The notes beneath the pieces are model-generated. The model saw nothing but the letters and a program-made list of their open reading frames with translations, ran no database searches and had not been told where the DNA came from. A DNA stretch of 63,940 bases, counting the filler, from Gemmatimonadota bacterium (GTDB taxonomy: Bacteria > 4572-55 > J002): NCBI GenBank assembly GCA_003697105.1. It is 4 parts of 4 records of this genome, joined end to end, with 100 filler letters (N's around TTAATTAATTAA, not from the genome) between each part and the next. Parts side by side here need not be neighbours in the genome. Positions count along the whole stretch, not along the records: positions 39,360 to 59,780 come from RFFQ01000147.1; 3 more parts are not named here. One strand, written 5' to 3'. Made by a program: the position numbers and the translations under genes. This document shows positions 39,487-50,400 of this stretch, one piece after another. How positions within the stretch are numbered: position 1 is the first letter of the stretch; the number at the start of each line of letters is the position of its first letter.

Positions 39487-40368
39487 ATGCCCCTGGAGCC
39501 GGCATCCCCGGAACATCCACAACTCCCCCGCCTCGAAAATCCCATTTTTCGGGTTATTTTATATTTTATCGGGCTGGTTGGGGTGATCATTTTTACTGAT
39601 GTCTTCGCCTACCAGCTCCTGATCTGGGGAGGCGTCTTATCTGAAACTACCCTGACCGGAAATCCCCATTTGGAATTCAGTCCCGTTGCGATGCTGGTGC
39701 TGGTCAGTTGCCGCACTGTGGGTGTGGTTCTGTTTACCCGGTGGTTTTGCCATCGGGTAGAAGGACGGGCATGGCGCACGTTAGGAGTCGATCTACGGCT
39801 CGGTCATCTGGTACAAGGCTTGGTTTGGGGCGCGGGATTGATTTTGGTTTGTGCCGGCTTGCTGCAAACGCTGGGGAATGTGACCTTCCGCTCGGGCACG
39901 TCCTCCGCGGGCGTTCTGATGCTCTATTTGCTGATTTTTGTGTTCGCCGGTGTGATGGAGGAACTGGTCTTTCGGGGCTACATTCTGGGTACCTTGATGG
40001 AACGGATGGATAAATATATTGCGCTGGGGGTTAGTGCCTTTTTGTTTATGATGCTCCACATCTTTAATCCGAACATCTCGCAACTCGGCACCATTAACCT
40101 GACATTAGCTGGTTTTTTGTTGGGTATTTACTATCTGCACCAGCGAAATATCTGGTTTTCGGTAGGGATGCACGTTACATGGAACTTCGTCCAAGGTCCG
40201 TTACTCGGGTTTGAAGTCAGCGGGTTAGAGTTACATGCCCTTTATAACCCGACCCTTCACGGTAGTGATCTCTTAACGGGCGGTAAATTTGGCTTGGAAG
40301 GCTCTATCCTCTTGACCGTACTGATGATCCTTGCCGCCGTGTACATTCATTTTCAATTTAAGGAATGA
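39487..40368 (+). CDS. CPBP (CAAX/Abi) intramembrane metalloprotease
   Basis: EELVFRG, F...H, H..WN motifs; multiple TM helices; SD AAGGAG. Confidence 0.92.
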   Translation: MPLEPASPEHPQLPRLENPIFRVILYFIGLVGVIIFTDVFAYQLLIWGGVLSETTLTGNPHLEFSPVAMLVLVSCRTVGVVLFTRWFCHRVEGRAWRTLGVDLRLGHLVQGLVWGAGLILVCAGLLQTLGNVTFRSGTSSAGVLMLYLLIFVFAGVMEELVFRGYILGTLMERMDKYIALGVSAFLFMMLHIFNPNISQLGTINLTLAGFLLGIYYLHQRNIWFSVGMHVTWNFVQGPLLGFEVSGLELHALYNPTLHGSDLLTGGKFGLEGSILLTVLMILAAVYIHFQFKE

Positions 40369-40684
40369 GGCTGGCTTACCCTCCGCGAAAAACGCCCCCG
40401 AAGAGATATAACCCTACGGATTCTGACAGCTCTGAAGAATGAGTACATGTATAAAGTTACAGTGCCGATTTGAGGCTAGCCAAAAAAATATTTTTTCGCA
40501 GACTGTTGTAATACTTTCTATGATGCACCGTAGATTATTACAGATATACATTCGTTAGGGCTGGGATTCTGATTTATTGCTTGCCCAAACTGAAAAACTT
40601 GGGTATCCTTGGGGGATTGGATCACGGGTTTTCCAGTGCGGTTACATTACGCTTACAATGTTGTGAAAAAACGGAGAAATCCGC

Positions 40685-42694
40685 ATGCGCAGACCATTTC
40701 AACTTGTTTCAGAGTATTCACCGGCCGGGGATCAACCCCAAGCGATTGAAAAATTAACCGCGGACATCCTTAGCGGGAAAAAGTTCCACACGCTGTTGGG
40801 AGCGACCGGTACGGGCAAAACCTTTACGATGGCGAATGTCATCCAGAATGTGGGTAAACCCACTCTGATTTTGTCCCACAACAAAACCCTTGCGGCGCAA
40901 TTGTACGGCGAATTTCTCGCCTATTTTCCGCATAATGCGGTTGAATATTTTATCAGTTATTATGATTATTACCAGCCGGAGGCATATATTCCCCGTTCCG
41001 ATACGTACATCGAAAAGGATGCCAGTATCAATGAGGAAATTGATAAACTGCGCCTTAAAGCGACTTCCCGGCTTTTTGAGCGCGATGATGTGATCATCGT
41101 GGCGTCGGTTTCCTGTATTTACGGCTTGGGTTCACCTAAAGATTATTATGAGATGCTGGTGTATCTGGAAGTAGGGGATCAGGTGGAGCGTGACGCCGTA
41201 TTGCACAAGCTGGTGGATATTCAATACAATCGCAATGATTATGATTTTGGGCGGGGGACATTCCGCGTGCGCGGTGATGTGGTGGAAGTGCATCCGGCAT
41301 ACGAGGATAACGGTGTGCGGATCGAGTTTTGGGGGGACACGGTGGAACGCATCACCTTATTTGATGCCCTTAAAGGAGACGTACTCCAAGAGATGGATCG
41401 CTGCGCGGTCTATCCGGCAAAGCACTTTGTTACTACGGAACGCCAGTTGGAAAGCGCGATTGTGGAGATCGAAAAAGAACTTACCGAGCGTATCTGGTAC
41501 TTCAAAGAGCATGACCGGTTTATTGAGGCACAACGGATTCAGGAGCGTACCACCTACGACATCGAAATGATGCGGGAAGTGGGTTACTGTTCCGGCATTG
41601 AAAATTACTCTCGCCACCTTGCCGGACGCAAAGCGGGAGAACGCCCGTATTGTCTGCTGGACTACTTCCCCAAAGATTTTTTGATGATTATCGACGAATC
41701 CCACGTCACTATCCCGCAATTGCATGCCATGTACGGCGGTGACCGCTCCCGCAAATCGGTGTTGATCGAGCATGGCTTTCGCCTCCCTTCTGCGGCGGAT
41801 AATCGACCCTTGAAATTTGAGGAATTTGAAGCCTTACTCAATCAATGTGTGTTTGTTAGCGCCACTCCCGGTGCATACGAATTGGAAAAAAGTGAGAACG
41901 TGGTAGTGGAGCAGATCATCCGTCCCACCGGTTTGGTCGATCCAGAGGTTGAAGTGCGACCCGTTACCGGTCAAATTGATGACCTATTGGAAGAAATTCG
42001 GTTGCGCGAAGATAAAGATGAACGGGTACTGGTAACGACCCTCACCAAACGCATGGCAGAACAACTAACCGACTACCTCGAACAGATGCAAGTGCGGGTG
42101 CGCTATATGCACAGCGACATCCACACCATTGAACGTGTCGAAATTTTGCGCGGCTTACGTTTGGGTGAGTTTGATGTCTTGGTGGGGATCAATCTGTTGC
42201 GGGAAGGGTTAGACTTACCGGAAGTCTCTCTAGTGGCGATTTTAGATGCCGATAAGGAAGGGTTTTTGCGTTCGGAACGCAGTCTGATTCAAACCATCGG
42301 ACGGGCGGCGCGGAACGTGAAAGGTAAGGTTATCATGTATGCGGACAGCATAACCGATTCCATGAAACGAGCGATTGATGAGACCAACCGCCGGCGTCAA
42401 GTGCAGTTAACATTCAATGAGACGCATGGTATCACCCCGCGCACTATCACCAAATCAATTGACCAAATTCGGGGGACAACGGTCGTAGCGGATGCTAAGG
42501 AATTACTGGGCGAGCTACCTGAAGAAGGTCTGCCCAAAGCGGAAATGGACTTGCTCAAAGGAATGCCCCTCGATCAGCAAATCCGTATTTTGGAAGACGA
42601 AATGGAAGCCGCCGCCCAACAATTGGAATTTGAAAAAGCGGCGATGCTACGCGATAAGGTCAAAGCGTTGCTGAAAGAAAAGCAAAAAAAATAA
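40685..42694 (+). CDS. uvrB: Excinuclease ABC subunit B
   Basis: [48 protein letters not shown]-terminal UVR domain. Confidence 0.98.
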   Translation: MRRPFQLVSEYSPAGDQPQAIEKLTADILSGKKFHTLLGATGTGKTFTMANVIQNVGKPTLILSHNKTLAAQLYGEFLAYFPHNAVEYFISYYDYYQPEAYIPRSDTYIEKDASINEEIDKLRLKATSRLFERDDVIIVASVSCIYGLGSPKDYYEMLVYLEVGDQVERDAVLHKLVDIQYNRNDYDFGRGTFRVRGDVVEVHPAYEDNGVRIEFWGDTVERITLFDALKGDVLQEMDRCAVYPAKHFVTTERQLESAIVEIEKELTERIWYFKEHDRFIEAQRIQERTTYDIEMMREVGYCSGIENYSRHLAGRKAGERPYCLLDYFPKDFLMIIDESHVTIPQLHAMYGGDRSRKSVLIEHGFRLPSAADNRPLKFEEFEALLNQCVFVSATPGAYELEKSENVVVEQIIRPTGLVDPEVEVRPVTGQIDDLLEEIRLREDKDERVLVTTLTKRMAEQLTDYLEQMQVRVRYMHSDIHTIERVEILRGLRLGEFDVLVGINLLREGLDLPEVSLVAILDADKEGFLRSERSLIQTIGRAARNVKGKVIMYADSITDSMKRAIDETNRRRQVQLTFNETHGITPRTITKSIDQIRGTTVVADAKELLGELPEEGLPKAEMDLLKGMPLDQQIRILEDEMEAAAQQLEFEKAAMLRDKVKALLKEKQKK

Positions 42695-42714
42695 ACCGTT
42701 ACTTTTGTCGTTTA

Positions 42715-43221
42715 ATGACACCAATGGGGATTTACATGATGGGATTACCGCTTCGATTGCACCTTCAACGCGGCTTTACCTTGATCGAAGTGGCGATGGC
42801 GGTGGTGATCATCGGGGTATTGCTCATCCCGCTGTTGACCCTGCTCGGTACAGATATTATCAATGATAGCAACGTCCGAGATGCTGGTGTGGCGTACGAA
42901 CTGGCGCAAGAAGAACTAGAATGGTTGCTGTATTCTAAAGTGCCGGCCAGTGTTTTGATGAAGTATTATATCCAGCAAAGCCAACGGGGAGACCCCAATG
43001 TTCAAGCAGAGGTGCGCAAACGTAAAACCCCCGATGGGACCAAACAAGACGTTCTGGACGTAAACGTTAAATATGAGATTGAATTTGCCGGTAAATCGTG
43101 GCAGATCCGACGGCATTTGATTATGGATCAGACGTATCTGACGGAAATCCACATCGCAGTATATGGACCATTGAACCAAGATAAACCGTTGGCACAATTG
43201 AGCACTTTAAAATATCAATAA
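42715..43221 (+). CDS. Prepilin-type N-terminal cleavage protein
   Basis: QRG|FTLIEV plus hydrophobic helix; start may be 42736/42739. Confidence 0.8.
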   Translation: MTPMGIYMMGLPLRLHLQRGFTLIEVAMAVVIIGVLLIPLLTLLGTDIINDSNVRDAGVAYELAQEELEWLLYSKVPASVLMKYYIQQSQRGDPNVQAEVRKRKTPDGTKQDVLDVNVKYEIEFAGKSWQIRRHLIMDQTYLTEIHIAVYGPLNQDKPLAQLSTLKYQ

Positions 43222-43225
43222 ATAC

Positions 43226-43843
43226 ATGACCCAATCGACCCGCACGGCCTTTTCACTGGTGGAAATGGTGGTGGTAATGGTTATTTTTAGTCTGGTATTG
43301 GGTGTGGTTTATACGGCGCTTCATTTTACCAGCGATACCACCCGCAAGAGAGGAATTCAAGGAGAGCTTGAGGATGCCGGGCACCACTTATTGGCAGAAT
43401 TGATCAATGAGATTGGCGGTGCTCTGGAGTTAATCAACCCGGATAAAACCCAAATACGTATTTTGGGAGCACATCACCAAGTGCTAGACTTCCGGTTTCA
43501 GGAGGGTAACGTTACCAAAAATGGAATTCCGCTCCACCCGCATGATGTTAAAATTACCCATTTTGAACTGACTTATTTCAGCTATGACGGACTGGATCGG
43601 AATCAGAATGGACAGGTCGATGTGTTTGATTTTATGGATGTTGGTAATGTTCAGGAACGGTTTTTGATGGTGCCGGATATTCGCTTATCGGAGGCAAGGC
43701 AACTGGAAGTTACCCCCGGTGATATTCGCCCGTCCGGCGCCCCTCCGGTTGCCATTCATTTTGTCCAAATTACGGTTACCCTCTCTAAGGATGGCATTGA
43801 GCGGGAATTGCGCTCTTCAACCGCCCTACGAAATCCTCATTAA
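43226..43843 (+). CDS. Prepilin-type protein (PilW/GspJ-like)
   Basis: RTA|FSLVEM (Ala at -1); C-terminal LRSSTALRN. Confidence 0.78.
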   Translation: MTQSTRTAFSLVEMVVVMVIFSLVLGVVYTALHFTSDTTRKRGIQGELEDAGHHLLAELINEIGGALELINPDKTQIRILGAHHQVLDFRFQEGNVTKNGIPLHPHDVKITHFELTYFSYDGLDRNQNGQVDVFDFMDVGNVQERFLMVPDIRLSEARQLEVTPGDIRPSGAPPVAIHFVQITVTLSKDGIERELRSSTALRNPH

Positions 43844-43848
43844 AATGG

Positions 43849-43877
43849 TTGACAAACAGAATGTTTTCTGGTAAAAT
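43849..43877 (+). promoter_or_regulatory. sigma70 promoter of the STAS-like gene
   Basis: TTGACA-N17-TAAAAT with extended -10 TG. Confidence 0.75.
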
Positions 43878-43924
43878 GCGCCCGATACACCGTTGAACTC
43901 GTTCTCTTAAAAAAGGATAGCACC

Positions 43925-44335
43925 ATGCATATCTTAGAGGAAATTCAGGAACGCGATATAAAACTTATTATCGCGAATGAAGACGAAAGTAAAAAAGTAC
44001 TGATTCTCTCGTTCGTGGGGACGTTTGATGTGCTAACAACGGAAGCGGTCTTCCTGAAACACCGCCAATTGTTAAAAGATTATCTGGAAGATGCCACTTT
44101 TACCGAACGGGTAATTTTTGATCTGTATGACTTGACACAGATTAACTCCTTTGCTATCGGGCATTTTACCCGCTTTTTGCTGACCCTTTATAAGCAGAAA
44201 ATACCGGTAACGGTGGTCGTCAATCCGGAGAGTTTAACCTTCCAGACCCTTGAATATTGCGGTTTTTTTGAATTGCATGGGTTGCACGTCCAAAAAACAT
44301 CGCTCAGCAAAGGATTGGAAGATCACCAAAACTAA
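43925..44335 (+). CDS. STAS/anti-sigma antagonist-like protein
   Basis: ILSFVGTFD...VIFDLYDLTQINSFAIG pattern (D-L..(I/V)-x-S); has its own promoter and terminator. Confidence 0.65.
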   Translation: MHILEEIQERDIKLIIANEDESKKVLILSFVGTFDVLTTEAVFLKHRQLLKDYLEDATFTERVIFDLYDLTQINSFAIGHFTRFLLTLYKQKIPVTVVVNPESLTFQTLEYCGFFELHGLHVQKTSLSKGLEDHQN

Positions 44336-44358
44336 GCTGGGTTTTCATTGCCTAACGG

Positions 44359-44395
44359 AAAAAACGCCTGATCCCGCACGGATCGGGCGTTTTTT
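44359..44395. terminator. Bidirectional intrinsic terminator
   Basis: AAAAAACGCCTGATCC-loop-GGATCGGGCGTTTTTT between convergent genes. Confidence 0.85.
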
Positions 44396-44435
44396 GTGAA
44401 ACCGGGTGAAGCGTAACGCTTTGGTGCCGGTGTGA

Positions 44436-45527
44436 TTATCGTCCGGTGAAGGAATCCACGGGACGGTCCCGGTAATCCAACAGCATGTTGCCCACATGTT
44501 GTGAATCTTGTTCGATGTAGCGTTTCATCAGGTTTTCCTTCCAGAGAACCTGCTTGTGTGTTTCGGAATCAAACCCTTTCAATGCCGCTTCGTAGTGCCC
44601 GTGCGGGATGCCGTGATACTTTCCTCCGGAAATCTGGGCGATTTTAATCCCCAACTGCGTACCCCACCACAACTCACCGCCTTTATGTTCGCTAAATCGC
44701 CCATGTGCCGGATTGATCACAATAATGGGGATTTTGTTTTTGCGGAACAATTTTGCCTGCTGGATCGCCTTCTGATAAGCGGGTTCCTCAAATAAATTTT
44801 TGTATGTTGCGGTGAGCGGCTCCGGGTGACAATCACTGAGGAGAATCGCCACCGGATTGTAAAACGGTTGGCGTTGTCGCACCTGTTTGAAGACCTCCAA
44901 CGCTTTTTCCAATGCCTCTGCTAAAGGGGTATTTCCAGAGGGTGAGAGACGGGTTAAATTACCTAAAACCCTCTTTAAATTGCGAGAAGGATGGTTGATC
45001 ACATGGACGCTATTTTTTTGGATGGCAATGAGTCCCAGTGTATCCCGGTTCCGGTAGGCGTCGCGGTATAAAATGGAGATGATCCGTGCTGCCGGTTCCA
45101 GAAAATGATAGGTGGAGGCGCTCACATCTGCAATTAGGAGCATGGTTAGCGGAGCTTTGCCCAAACGTACCCACATTTGAAGATCGGAACGGATCAATTT
45201 AAGTGGCATCTGTCCCTGCTGGCGGATGAGTGCTGTGCGAACCGTCGGTAATACTGCAAAATTCTGGGCGGAAACGACCGTTGCCGGACGAAACCGGATC
45301 GGGCGACCCCGGCTCTCGCTGGTAAAGGTGGCGGCTCGTTTGCCCACTTTCGGTTGGGTGTGGGGCTTGTGAGAAGACGTTAATTTTAATTTCCAATCAT
45401 CAAATGCGCCTTTTAGCGCCTTGAAAATTTCCTGCGGTGAGATGAGTGGTACACTGAGTTCACGCTGTTTTTGCCGGCCAGATGCCGCGCGTGAATCCGA
45501 AAGCTTAAAATCCGGGGATGGTTCTAC
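44436..45527 (-). CDS. VWA-domain half of a ChlD-like chelatase subunit (-1 frame continuation)
   Basis: MIDAS DVSAS, DAYRNRD.L.LI, SGNTPLA, LLSD; frame stays open 60 codons upstream of GTG 45347 up to the A10 run; no RBS before that GTG. Confidence 0.8.
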   Translation of the reverse strand, partial: VEPSPDFKLSDSRAASGRQKQRELSVPLISPQEIFKALKGAFDDWKLKLTSSHKPHTQPKVGKRAATFTSESRGRPIRFRPATVVSAQNFAVLPTVRTALIRQQGQMPLKLIRSDLQMWVRLGKAPLTMLLIADVSASTYHFLEPAARIISILYRDAYRNRDTLGLIAIQKNSVHVINHPSRNLKRVLGNLTRLSPSGNTPLAEALEKALEVFKQVRQRQPFYNPVAILLSDCHPEPLTATYKNLFEEPAYQKAIQQAKLFRKNKIPIIVINPAHGRFSEHKGGELWWGTQLGIKIAQISGGKYHGIPHGHYEAALKGFDSETHKQVLWKENLMKRYIEQDSQHVGNMLLDYRDRPVDSFTGR

Positions 45528-45538
45528 TTTTTTTTTTC
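45524..45538 (-). promoter_or_regulatory. Candidate -1 ribosomal frameshift / transcriptional slippage site
   Basis: GAA AAA AAA AAG TAG: ten A's containing in-frame A_AAA_AAG directly before the stop. Confidence 0.7.
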
Positions 45539-46681
45539 GCCACCGGCAGTTGGTGACGCAAGATGATGTTTTGTTCCGGTTTTGCCGGTAGTTTGGTACG
45601 GTGGCAATGAGAACCGCTCCCCTTGTTTTTTGTGGGGAGCATGTTTCGCCAGTGCATTTTCAAGGGTCTTTTTAATCTCGGTGGGGGTTGCCGGGGCGTC
45701 AAAGCCACCATCACGGGTGCGATGCCCCAGAGCGAATTGGCAGGCAGTGAGCAGATCGGATTCCGTAACAAGGGGGTGGTCGTGATATGCGGCAAGGGTC
45801 AATGCCGTGCGGGTGATGATGATTTCCGGACGGTGTCCATCCACTTTAAGTTGAATGCACGTTGTGGCAATGGCTCGCAATTGATACTCTTCAATTTCAC
45901 ATTGGTGTAAGCAATGTTGTGCCTGAAGAATCCGGTCTCCTAATGCCTTTTCTTCGGCGTGGTAGTGATCGTGTAATTGCTGGGGATTCTGCCCCGAAAT
46001 CAGATTGCGCCGGATGATTTCCACCCGAGCAGACTCATCGGTAAGGGTTTTGAGGGTGACGGAAAGGGGTAGCCGGTCTAGCAACTGGGGACGGAGTTCA
46101 CCTTCTTCCGGATTCATGGTGCCCACTAAAATGAATCGGGCGGGATGGCTGATCGAAAATCCTTCCCGTTCAACGGTATTCCATCCCAAAGAGGCGGCGT
46201 CGAGAATATCGTCCGTGATATGGTCAGGTAACAGATTGATCTCATCAACGTATAAAAAATTGTGATTTGCTGTTGCCAATAAGCCGGGTTGGAATGCTTT
46301 TTGACCTTCGGAGAGCATTTTTTCCATATCTATCGCACCGATCAGGCGGTCTTCACTGATACTGAGGGGTAGCGGGATAACTTGCATTTTACGCGAGACG
46401 GTGGGTAATGGCTCGCCGGCAGATAGACGAGCTTGGCAATCCGCACACAAATATTCTTCTTGCGTTGCTAAACAGTTGTAGCGGCAACCGGAAACAATTT
46501 CCCGTTCGGGGAGAAGATGCGCAAGGGCATAAACTGCCGTACTTTTGCCGGTACCTTTGGGACCCCGAACCAGTAGCCCGCCAATCCGAGGGTTGATTGT
46601 GTTCAGAATGAGTGCCAGTTTAAGTTCATCCTGTCCGACAATCGCTGAAAATGGGATGGTATATTGTCTGCGGTATGCCAT
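45524..46681 (-). CDS. ChlI/BchI-like AAA+ chelatase subunit (0-frame product)
   Basis: PFSAIVGQ, GPKGTGKS, YVDEINLL, EREG.S..HPARF.LVGTMNPEEGELRPQLLDR; ATG 46681 lies downstream of the promoter. Confidence 0.92.
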   Translation of the reverse strand: MAYRRQYTIPFSAIVGQDELKLALILNTINPRIGGLLVRGPKGTGKSTAVYALAHLLPEREIVSGCRYNCLATQEEYLCADCQARLSAGEPLPTVSRKMQVIPLPLSISEDRLIGAIDMEKMLSEGQKAFQPGLLATANHNFLYVDEINLLPDHITDDILDAASLGWNTVEREGFSISHPARFILVGTMNPEEGELRPQLLDRLPLSVTLKTLTDESARVEIIRRNLISGQNPQQLHDHYHAEEKALGDRILQAQHCLHQCEIEEYQLRAIATTCIQLKVDGHRPEIIITRTALTLAAYHDHPLVTESDLLTACQFALGHRTRDGGFDAPATPTEIKKTLENALAKHAPHKKQGERFSLPPYQTTGKTGTKHHLASPTAGGEKKK

Positions 46682-46721
46682 AGATATTCTGCTTAATATG
46701 TAACCTAAACACTTGAAAATG

Positions 46722-46750
46722 AGTGTACCGGATATGGGTAAAACTGTCAA
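46722..46750 (-). promoter_or_regulatory. sigma70-type promoter of the chlI/D-like gene
   Basis: TTGACA-N17-TACACT; the ORF-track TTG start falls on the -35 box. Confidence 0.65.
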
Positions 46751-46920
46751 GTTTTAAAATGTAAGTAAAATTGAGGTTGGTTTGTCGATTTAAAACCCCT
46801 GAAATCTCCGAACAACCCTGTAACTCGCTGATAAATAATGGGGTTATTGAAAAGTGTTAAATTGCAGGTTATAACTTCACAAGCGTAAAGACTCTGAAAT
46901 CTAGCCACAAACTACATCCT

Positions 46921-46952
46921 ACAGGGTAGCCTTCGACAGGCTCAGGCAGCGG
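46921..46952 (-). repeat. Dispersed REP-like repeat, copy 2
   Basis: ACAGGGTAGCCTTCGACAGGCTCAGGCAGCGG; reverse complement matches 5292-5323 at 28/32. Confidence 0.65.
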
Positions 46953-47148
46953 CAGGTTTGCTAATCCCTTAGGGTTTATATAGCGTCCGAGACACTATAC
47001 GGATTCGTTGAAAAACCTTTTTTGACCCGACTTGGATTAACTCTTGACAGTTTATGAGATTATCGGCTATCATGCTAGCGCATGTTATTTACCTGTTCCA
47101 AATGGGGGGGGGATATTTTTCTGTCTCTATTCTCCGGAGGTGTTTCTT

Positions 47149-47337
47149 ATGTCCCGTTCTGAAACCGAAATCATGTCTCCGAGCCATCGCCGCCGGTGCC
47201 CGGAGTGTAACCGCCCTTTGGAACGGATTCACCGGAAATGGTGGATGCGACTGGTACCTTGTTCCCGACTCTATTCCTGCGGGGTGTGTTCTAAAAAATA
47301 TTTGTTTATCGGAAAAAAACGGTGGTTGAAATTATAG
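47149..47337 (+). CDS. Small basic zinc-ribbon protein (62 aa)
   Basis: SD GGAGGTG before ATG 47149; CPEC...CGVC; possible promoter TTGACA-N18-TATCAT at 47044-47073. Confidence 0.55.
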   Translation: MSRSETEIMSPSHRRRCPECNRPLERIHRKWWMRLVPCSRLYSCGVCSKKYLFIGKKRWLKL

Positions 47338-47472
47338 CCGAATGACCCGGCATAAGCCACCTGCCAGTCATGCTCATCCACATCTTACAGGAGTTTCGCT
47401 TCTGAAGGAACTGGAATGTATATGAAATGATAAGAACTTATTAGACAAGATAAAACCCTAGGAGTTTTACGA

Positions 47473-50400
47473 ATGCACATCACACCTTATAAATCCAAAC
47501 ATCAAATTCGATTTGTCACGGCGGCGGCATTATTTGATGGGCATGATGCCAGTATCAATATTATGCGCCGAATTTTACAATCATCTGGAGCCGAAGTCAT
47601 CCATTTAGGACATAATCAAGCCGCAGAAGTGGTGGTGGATGCCGCTATTCAGGAGGATGCGCAAGGGATTGCCGTTTCATCCTATCAAGGCGGGCACATG
47701 GAATTTTTTAAGTACATGTACGATCTGCTGCAAAAAAAAGGGGCGGGTCACATCCGTATTTACGGCGGCGGTGGCGGGGTGATCGTCCCCCGCGAGATTA
47801 AAGAACTACATGCGTACGGCATTGCTCGTATTTTTTCTCCTGAAGATGGGCGACGCATGGGCTTACAAGGTATGATCAATCTGATGCTAGAAGAATGTGA
47901 TTGGGTGATGAATCCGTGGGGGGATAAAAACCTACCGGGTTTAGAAAATGGGCAGAAAGCCGGCATATTAGCACAAGAACTCAAACAGCTCAATCCCACG
48001 GATGTGGTCAAAATTGCTCAATTTATCACCTTTGCTGAAAATGATACCGAAGAGACCTTTCATCGAGCATTGGGCTTGATCAACGGTGAGATGAAGACGA
48101 TACCCGTGCTCGGGATTACCGGTACCGGGGGTGCCGGAAAGTCCAGTTTAACCGATGAGTTAGTCCGCCGATTTCTCAATGATTTTGAAGATAAAACGGT
48201 TGCGGTATTGTCCGTAGATCCCTCCAAACGGAAGACGGGGGGTGCGCTCTTGGGTGATCGCATCCGTATGAACGCGATTCGCAATCCGCGCTGTTACATG
48301 CGTAGCCTTGCTACTCGCGATTCTAAGTCGGAACTCAGTCACGCCATTCGGGAAGCCATCGCGGTGACCAAAATGGCAGGATTTGATCTGATCATTGTCG
48401 AAACGAGCGGTATCGGGCAGGGAGATGCGGAAATCATCGATATTGCGGATATTTCGGTTTATGCTATGACCCCTGAGTACGGCGCGGCGTCCCAACTGGA
48501 AAAGATCGACATGATCGATTTTGCCGATTTTATCGCCCTCAACAAATTTGACCGCCGCGGTGCCGAAGATGCCTTGCGCGATGTGCGGAAACAGTACCAA
48601 CGCAGCCGGCAATTGTTTGATAAAAATGTGGAGGAGATGCCGGTCTATGGCACAATTTCGAGCCATTTTAATGACCCCGGGGTCAATCAATTGTATCTCC
48701 GGTTGATCGATCACCTCAATGGAAAATTTGACCTTCAGTGGCAGAGCCAGATCACGCCGGAAATGTGCCGCCGCACGGAAAAAGACGTGATTATCCCCCC
48801 AGACCGTACCCGCTACCTCTCCGAAATTGCCCATACCGTGCGAAATTACAAAAAATGGGCACAGGCTCAAGCTGAAATTGCCTCAGGTCTGTACCAATTG
48901 TATGGCGCGTTGGTGATGTTAGGTGATGAACCGCCCTGCCGTCTCGGTTCGTATCCAAAAGATGCCACCAGCGATGACCCGGTGATTCAGGCATTACGGG
49001 ACAAATGGCAGGAAAATTTGGATCAATTGGATAAACATTGCCACAAATTATTAGCCGGATTACCCGAATTTTACCAACAGTATCAAGGTGATGAATTTGT
49101 GTATCAAGTACGGGGTAAAGAATTTCGGGTAGCGCTGGTGACAGAATCGCTCTCGCATCTAAAAATCCCCAAAGTTTGTTTACCCCAGTACCGGGATTGG
49201 GGCGATGTTCTAGCATGGCGGTTGTTGGAAAATGTGCCGGGAGAATTTCCGTACACGGCGGGTGTGTTTCCCTTAAAGCGAACCGGAGAAGACCCGACCC
49301 GCATGTTTGCCGGTGAAGGTCCACCAGAACGTACCAACAAACGGTTTCACTACGTCAGTCGCGATTATACCGCTAAACGACTCTCCACCGCATTTGATTC
49401 CGTCACACTCTACGGTGAAGACCCGCACGAACGCCCCGATATTTACGGTAAGATTGGCGAAGGGGGGGTTTCCATCGCCACATTAGACGATATGAAAAAA
49501 TTATATGCCGGATTTGATCTCGTCTCGCCGCATAATTCTGTCTCAATGACGATCAACGGTCCCGCTCCCACGATCCTCGCCTTTTTTATGAACACGGCAA
49601 TTGACCAGTTGTGTACAAAATGGTTGGTCGATAATGCCAAATTACCGGCAGATGCTCTCTGGTTGGAATCCTCCATTAATGTCGATACCGGTGAGCCGTT
49701 CCGGGTACTGGCGGATGCGTGGAAGTATGTGCCGGATGAGGTCTATCAGGAGTTGAAAGCATGTGCCTTGCAAAATGTCCGGGGTACGGTGCAAGCGGAT
49801 ATTTTGAAGGAAGACCAAGCGCAAAATACCTGCATTTTTTCGACAGAATTTGCCTTAAAGGCGATGGGGGATGTGCAACAGTATTTTATCGATCAAAAAG
49901 TGCGGAACTTTTACAGCGTGAGTATTTCCGGGTATCATATTGCAGAGGCAGGCGCCAACCCGATCTCGCAGTTGGCATTTACGCTTGCAAATGGCTTCAC
50001 CTACGTGGAGTATTACCTCTCCCGCGGGATGGATATTGATGATTTTGCCCCGAATTTGTCCTACTTTTTTAGTAATGGACTTGACCCCGAATATTCTGTG
50101 ATTGGACGGGTTGCCCGGCGCATTTGGGCGACTGCCATCAAGAACAAATACGGGGGGAATGAACGCAGTCAAAAGTTGAAATATCACATCCAAACCTCCG
50201 GACGCAGTCTCCACGCGATGGAGATCGATTTTAATGATATTCGCACAACGTTACAAGCATTGATCGCGATCTATGACAATTGTAACTCGCTCCATACCAA
50301 CGCTTATGATGAGGCAATTACTACTCCAACGGAAGAGTCGGTGCGGCGTGCATTGGCAATTCAGATGATCATTAATCGGGAGTTTGGCTTAGCCAAAAAT

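Noticed and set aside
46750-47470. Cobalamin riboswitch upstream of icmF or the chelatase-like gene
   Set aside because: No convincing B12-box or conserved core recognised by eye
48160-48870. 236-aa minus-strand ORF
   Set aside because: Antisense shadow of icmF
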